Positions 17,614 through 22,474 of a stretch of DNA of 22,474 bases are shown here, piece by piece (within the stretch, counting starts at the first letter, position 1; the number at the start of each line of letters is the position of its first letter). The position numbers and the translations under genes were made by a program. The notes beneath the pieces were generated by a model. It was not told the origin of the DNA, made no database searches, and saw only the letters and a program-made list of their open reading frames with translations. Source of the stretch: Limisphaerales bacterium (GTDB taxonomy: Bacteria > Verrucomicrobiota > Verrucomicrobiia > Limisphaerales > SIBE01); contig JBGAIN010000013.1 in the NCBI GenBank assembly GCA_044225505.1, positions 62,001 to 84,474 on the forward strand, read 5' to 3'.

Positions 17614-18145
17614 GGCCTCGGACGCAGGTGCGTGTGGTGTCCGCCGTCTTGATCGTGATCGTGCTCTTGATCTTACTCCGTTCCCTCTCGTTCGCCTCTT
17701 CATTCGGAGCTGACGCACTGGTAACCCACTCGCAGTGGGTGACGTGTGGGTCAGCAGCGAAAGGGCTGCGTGAGAACAAGCGTCGACGATCGAGATTTCG
17801 GACGCTTTCGGAGAACTGGAGCGCTTGGCCTCCAAGGATCCGCCCGCGAAATGTTGCACACATTGTCCGCAAATTGTTCTCGCGGTGTGAGACATTTGAG
17901 CGATTTTCGGGTCCCACGTCGGATGAGAACGAGTTTCTGGGAAGTTATTTCCCTGATCAGATCGGTGGAAGAACTTAATCAACAGCAGTTTGGAGTTGTT
18001 TGAAATCGCTCTCGGTTTTCTGCGCCGACGCGACGCGGAACCGAGGTAATCCACCGTGGTAATCCCTTATGACTCATCGGATAGGACCGAATTTTCTTCT
18101 TTCATCCCGTCTTGCCTCGGCGCGACCGCCCTGTTTAATTGGGGC

Positions 18146-19027
18146 ATGCCCTGGCAAAAAATCACCCTGGTGGGAGTCGGATTGTTAGGGGGATCGTTGG
18201 GCTTAGCCCTCAAGCAACGCGGTCTCGCCAAGCAGGTTTCCGGCTACGTGCGCCGTGCCGAGAGCGTCACGGAGTGCGAGAAGTTGCGGGTGGTAGATAC
18301 GGCGAGCCAGGACTTACTCCAAGCGGTGCAAGGGGCTGACATTGTCGTGCTTTGCACGCCACTCGCTCAGATGGCCGGGTTGGTTCAATCGATGCTGCCG
18401 GAGTTGCGCCCGGGAATGATTGTCACGGACGTGGGAAGCGTCAAAGCCAGCGTCGTTCAAGCTGCGGAGTCCCTGATTTCTGGATCCGGAGCGACGTTTG
18501 TTGGGAGTCATCCCATGACCGGCGCGGAAAAGATGGGACCAAGCGCGGCCCGGGCCGACCTTTTTGCGGATGCGGTATGTGTGGTTACGCCGACGGCAAG
18601 TTCCAAGCCGGACGCTATCAAGACGATCGAACAGCTTTGGCGTTCGGTGGGAGCGCGAGTATTGACCCTTTCTCCCGAATTGCATGACGAGTTTGTGAGT
18701 CGTTCCAGCCATCTACCTCATATCGTTGCTGCTGAACTGGCGAATTATGTGTTGAGTCCGGCCTACCCTCGCGAACAATCTTTGCTCTGCGCCAACGGCT
18801 TTCGCGACACGACGCGAATTGCGTCCGGTTCGCCGGAAATGTGGCGCGATATCGCGTTGGCCAATCGCAAGAATCTCGCTCGGGTTCTGGGCGTGTTCAT
18901 CGAGGATCTGCAGGAGCTGCAGTTGGCGTTGGAGCGGTCCGATATCAAAGCGATTCAGGAGTTTTTTGAAACGGCCAAGCACCGGCGCGACCAGTGGACC
19001 GGTCGAAACTCCGCTTCCACCGAGTAG
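18146..19027 (+). CDS. tyrA: Prephenate/arogenate dehydrogenase
   Basis: Rossmann motif GVGLLGGS just after ATG 18146, plus TDVGSVK, GSHPMTG, HD....SHLPH, GFRDTTRIA and SPEMWRDI. Confidence 0.95.
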   Translation: MPWQKITLVGVGLLGGSLGLALKQRGLAKQVSGYVRRAESVTECEKLRVVDTASQDLLQAVQGADIVVLCTPLAQMAGLVQSMLPELRPGMIVTDVGSVKASVVQAAESLISGSGATFVGSHPMTGAEKMGPSAARADLFADAVCVVTPTASSKPDAIKTIEQLWRSVGARVLTLSPELHDEFVSRSSHLPHIVAAELANYVLSPAYPREQSLLCANGFRDTTRIASGSPEMWRDIALANRKNLARVLGVFIEDLQELQLALERSDIKAIQEFFETAKHRRDQWTGRNSASTE

Positions 19028-19135
19028 GTCCGTCGCGCGACAGGCATGCGACAGGCATGAGTGGCGCTAAAGAGATGGCGACTCTCTCCCGGTTTGACCG
19101 CCGACCGCGCCTCCGGCACTCTGACGTTTAACTGA

Positions 19136-20428
19136 ATGCCGCTGCCTAACCTTATCGAAATCGTTCCGACGCAAGGACCATTGCGCGCTGCGATCACGGT
19201 TCCGGGTTCGAAGAGTATTACGAATCGGGCGCTCATCCTGGCGGCGTTAAGCTCCGGCGAGACCGTGCTTACGAATGCCCTTTGGAGCGAAGATACCCAA
19301 GTGATGGTGGAGTGTCTGCGCCAATTAGGCATTACGGTCGACGTGCAACCGGACCTGCAAGAATCGTGCAACCGCACAATTCGGGTGGCCGGCGGCTGCC
19401 GCCAGATTCGCGATGGCGGAACGCTTGAACGACCGCTCGAGTTGTTCGTCGGGAATGCCGGGACGGCGGCACGTTTTTTGGCGGCGTTTGTTTGTTTGGG
19501 GCGAGGGGTCTATCGGCTCTCGGGCGTTCCGCGAATGCATGAGCGGCCGCAAGCGGGGTTGTTCGACTCTCTTCGTCAATTGGGCTACGGAGTGCACGCT
19601 TCGAATAACAGGTTGCCTGTTCTGATTGAAGGGAGTGGTCCCAGGCCGGGCTCGTGCCGCGTGAGCATCCGCGAAAGCTCTCAATTCGCCTCTGCACTTC
19701 TGTTAAGCGCGCGAGTGGGTGGGTGGCGAGTGGAAGTGACCGAGCAGAATGCTGAGGAGGCCCCTTACGTGGAGATGACTCGCGCGTTGTTAGAGCAATT
19801 CCCGTTCGAGGGAGGCTCTTTCACCATCGAGCCGGACGCTTCCAGTGGAAGCTATTTCATTGGTGCGGATTACTTGCTACGACAGGCGGAGCGTGGCGGT
19901 GAGTCGAGCTCCGTTGTGGTGCGGGACTGGCCGACCTCCGGATGGCAGATTGACGCGGATTTTCCGAAGTTCTTGCCCTCACCGCAGGAGGTTTCGCGGG
20001 CCAGCCAGTTGGGGGATAGCATCATGACAGCGATGGTGCTGGCACCGTGGGCGGAACGGGCCGTGCGGTTCACGCATCTGGCGCCTTTGCGAGTGCAGGA
20101 ATGCGAACGGGTTGAGGCCGTGCGCACGGAACTAACCAAGTGCGGTGCGAAGGTGGTTGAGGAAGGAGATTCTCTCACGATCTTCCCGTCCAAGCTGCAC
20201 GGTGCGGTGATCGAGACTTACAACGATCATCGGATGGCCATGAGTTTTGCGATTCTGGGATTGAAAGTTGCGGGAATAAAAATAAAAAATCCTGCGTGCG
20301 TGAAGAAGACGTTTCCAGACTTTTTCCAAAAGCTGGCCAGACCTGCCCAGAGTGGTTTGGGATTGACGATTGTGGACTCCGCAAGTGGGCGTCTGCTGTC
20401 ACCCAACGAACTGGCCGTGGAAGATTGA
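19136..20428 (+). CDS. aroA: 3-phosphoshikimate 1-carboxyvinyltransferase (EPSP synthase)
   Basis: PGSKSITNR, GNAGTAARF, RMHERP, SSQFASALLL, DASS, RVQECER, DHRMAMSF and CVKKTFPDF. Confidence 0.95.
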   Translation: MPLPNLIEIVPTQGPLRAAITVPGSKSITNRALILAALSSGETVLTNALWSEDTQVMVECLRQLGITVDVQPDLQESCNRTIRVAGGCRQIRDGGTLERPLELFVGNAGTAARFLAAFVCLGRGVYRLSGVPRMHERPQAGLFDSLRQLGYGVHASNNRLPVLIEGSGPRPGSCRVSIRESSQFASALLLSARVGGWRVEVTEQNAEEAPYVEMTRALLEQFPFEGGSFTIEPDASSGSYFIGADYLLRQAERGGESSSVVVRDWPTSGWQIDADFPKFLPSPQEVSRASQLGDSIMTAMVLAPWAERAVRFTHLAPLRVQECERVEAVRTELTKCGAKVVEEGDSLTIFPSKLHGAVIETYNDHRMAMSFAILGLKVAGIKIKNPACVKKTFPDFFQKLARPAQSGLGLTIVDSASGRLLSPNELAVED

Positions 20429-20502
20429 GAGCTCCGGCGGAGAAGATCGTTCCCGCGAGCATTTGGCCCTAGGATAATATTGCACATCGATTTCCAGCTG
20501 CT

Positions 20503-21156
20503 TTGAACCAGCCTATTGTTATAGCGATCGACGGGACCAGCGCGAGCGGCAAAAGCACCAATGCCCGCCGGGTGGCGAAAGCGCTGGGATATACCTATGT
20601 GGATACCGGCGCGATGTATCGCACGCTGGCGTGGTTCTGTCTCCAGAAACGCGTGGATGCCGATGACGCGAGCGCGGTTGCTCAGATCTGTCGACGCTGG
20701 AAAACCGCGTTGGAATGCGTTGATGGCGAAGTGCGTTTGCTAGCGGGCGGTTATTATCCGGCGAAAGAAATTCGCACCGCGGAGGTGAGCGGAGCCGTGC
20801 CGCACGTGGCAGCGATCCCAGCCGTCCGGCAGTGGATGAAGAAGAAACAACGCGAGTGTGTCCGGTTTGGTAACCTGGTCATGGAAGGACGGGATATCGG
20901 ATCCAATATCTTTCCGGAAACGGAGTTCAAGTTTTACCTGGACGCTTCCTTGGATGAGCGCTCGAAGCGGCGCGCCGCGGAGGGAGTGCAAGAGAACCTG
21001 GCCGTGCGTGATCAGCGCGATAGCGAGCGCAAGCTCGCCCCGCTCATGATTCCTCTAGGGGCCATTGTGATCAATAATTCCGGCCAGACTCCCGAGGAGA
21101 CCAGCCAAAAGATCTTGGACGAAATCAGGCGTCGACTGGCTGCTCGCCCATCGTGA
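20503..21156 (+). CDS. cmk: Cytidylate kinase
   Basis: IAIDGTSASGKST P-loop, YVDTGAMYR, VMEGRDIG, KFYLDAS and RDQRDSER. TTG start, downstream of aroA. Confidence 0.95.
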   Translation: MNQPIVIAIDGTSASGKSTNARRVAKALGYTYVDTGAMYRTLAWFCLQKRVDADDASAVAQICRRWKTALECVDGEVRLLAGGYYPAKEIRTAEVSGAVPHVAAIPAVRQWMKKKQRECVRFGNLVMEGRDIGSNIFPETEFKFYLDASLDERSKRRAAEGVQENLAVRDQRDSERKLAPLMIPLGAIVINNSGQTPEETSQKILDEIRRRLAARPS

Positions 21157-21845
21157 GCGATCATTTCAACCCGGTTTCGGCACCCGAACCGATGGGGTTC
21201 GCCTATCAGTTAGGGCGGGGATTCTTCCGCGTGGTTTTCTCGACCTATTTTCGTTGGCATTGTTTTAATCGCGAACGCGTGCCGTTGGCCGGTCCGGTTA
21301 TCCTGGCGTCGAATCATGCCAGTTATATCGATCCGCCCTTGGTTGGGGCTCCGCTAGCGCGGCCCTTGGTCTATCTGGCGCGCGATACGCTCTTTCGCTT
21401 TCCGTTGAGCAGCGTTCTCCGCGCTTGGAACGTCGTCCCTGTCGACCGGGACGGAGGAGGTGCGGCGGGACTTCGGAGCATCCTCGAAGCCCTGCGCGAG
21501 AACCACGCCGTCATTGTCTTTCCGGAAGGAACACGCACGAAAGACGGGCACTTGCGCTCGGCGCGGTCGGGGATCGGGCTGATGGTGTTGAAGTCGGCGG
21601 CGCCGGTAATCCCCGTCCGGGTTTTCGGCACCTTTGAGGCCTATGGCCGCCATATGCGAGCGCCACTGCCGAAACCAGTCGCTGTGAAATACGGTCGACC
21701 GCTCGGTTTTGAACAGCTGCGCGCCGAAGCTGCTTCTTGCAGCAAAACTCGTTTGAAAGAGATTTATCAGGAGATCGCCGATCAAATCATGGCCGCGATC
21801 GGAGCGTTAGAGCCTTGGGCTGAGGTCGAGCGCTTTGCGGACTAG
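21153..21845 (+). CDS. plsC: 1-acyl-sn-glycerol-3-phosphate acyltransferase (lysophospholipid acyltransferase)
   Basis: HX4D motif NHASYID, PVDR, FPEGTRT and PVIPV. GTGA overlap with the cmk stop. Confidence 0.9.
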   Translation: MSDHFNPVSAPEPMGFAYQLGRGFFRVVFSTYFRWHCFNRERVPLAGPVILASNHASYIDPPLVGAPLARPLVYLARDTLFRFPLSSVLRAWNVVPVDRDGGGAAGLRSILEALRENHAVIVFPEGTRTKDGHLRSARSGIGLMVLKSAAPVIPVRVFGTFEAYGRHMRAPLPKPVAVKYGRPLGFEQLRAEAASCSKTRLKEIYQEIADQIMAAIGALEPWAEVERFAD

Positions 21846-21920
21846 CGCCGCGGGCAGTTCTTGATCTCGGCTCCACGGGGGTTACACTCAGCCCCACAGT
21901 GATGTAATCCAAAGCGCACT

Positions 21921-22474
21921 ATGACGTTAACCCGACGAAACTTCTTGGCGGCAGGAACCCTGGGCACGGCGGCAGTCGCGTTCGGGGCCGAATCCTCGTC
22001 CACACTCGCGAGCGCCCGTCCGAAAGTCCGGCTTGGCATCGCAACGTATTCTTATTGGCACTTTCGGCCGCCCAAGGTTTCCATCGAACAAGTCATCGAT
22101 CGCTGCAGCGCTCTCGGAGCGCAAGGAGTCGATATCCTCCATCGCCAAATGGATATCCCCGAGAAAGAACCTCTCGACGGCGCCGGGCGCGCGTATCTGC
22201 GAAAGCTGAAGCGTCACGCTTTCATAAACGGGATCGATGTCATCTGTGTGTCGACGCACCAGAGCTTTGTCAGTCCTAAACCCCAGGAAGTGGCTGCCAA
22301 TATTGAGCACACCAAGAAGTGCATTGAGATCGCCTATGAACTGGGCGCTCCGTGCATCCGCATCAATACCGGACGCTGGGGGACATCGAAGGATTTTGAT
22401 GAGTTAATGAAGAACCGCGGGATTGAACCGGTCCTGCCTGGGTATACAGAAGAGGACGGGTTTAAATGGTGCAT
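21921..22474 (+). CDS. Sugar phosphate isomerase/epimerase (xylose isomerase-like TIM barrel) with Tat signal; 3'-truncated
   Basis: Absent from the ORF track, translated by hand: MTLTRRNFLAAGTLGTAAVAFGA...LGIATYSYWHF...GVDILHRQM...HTKKCIEIAYELGAPCIRINTGRWG. Open to the window end. Confidence 0.85.
   Translation, partial: MTLTRRNFLAAGTLGTAAVAFGAESSSTLASARPKVRLGIATYSYWHFRPPKVSIEQVIDRCSALGAQGVDILHRQMDIPEKEPLDGAGRAYLRKLKRHAFINGIDVICVSTHQSFVSPKPQEVAANIEHTKKCIEIAYELGAPCIRINTGRWGTSKDFDELMKNRGIEPVLPGYTEEDGFKWC

Larger units (their letters stand above)
17223..17686. repeat. Tandem array of ~2.3 units (201 bp, 206 bp, partial)
   Basis: Units begin gcg(a/t)gtggtgtccgccgtcttga at 17223, 17424 and 17630. 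Units 1 and 2 differ by a 6-bp insertion, a 1-bp deletion and a few substitutions. Confidence 0.95.

Noticed and set aside
17223..17686. CRISPR array
   Set aside because: Whole ~200-bp units repeat with no unique spacers, and there are no cas genes in the window.
17352..18054. ORFs of 70-158 aa across the tandem array
   Set aside because: They are translations of repeat DNA, with frames shifting between units and no recognisable domains.

Overview
GC-rich bacterial chromosomal segment; the gene content and repeat style suggest Verrucomicrobiota/PVC, which is an inference. In order, it holds the 3' part of a MacB/FtsX-type ABC permease, a membrane-fusion protein and an active/inactive M16 peptidase pair (+). 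A DUF4159-like protein and a CotH-family kinase follow (-), then a secreted alpha/beta hydrolase (+), a small membrane ORF (-) and a secreted thioredoxin-like/CxxCH/PDZ protein (+). Next is a minus-strand unit of GH-A/GT2 fusion glycosyltransferase, tandem-domain ThyX and DHFR, then a ~200-bp tandem repeat array carrying REP doublets. The window ends with tyrA-aroA-cmk-plsC and the 5' part of a Tat-signal TIM-barrel isomerase (+). I saw no rRNA, tRNA, CRISPR array, transposase or phage gene. The best leads are the coupled glycosyltransferase-thyX-folA unit, a ~99-bp REP-doublet family with compensatory stem changes at two loci, and the Trx/heme-motif/PDZ protein. None is shown to be novel from sequence alone.
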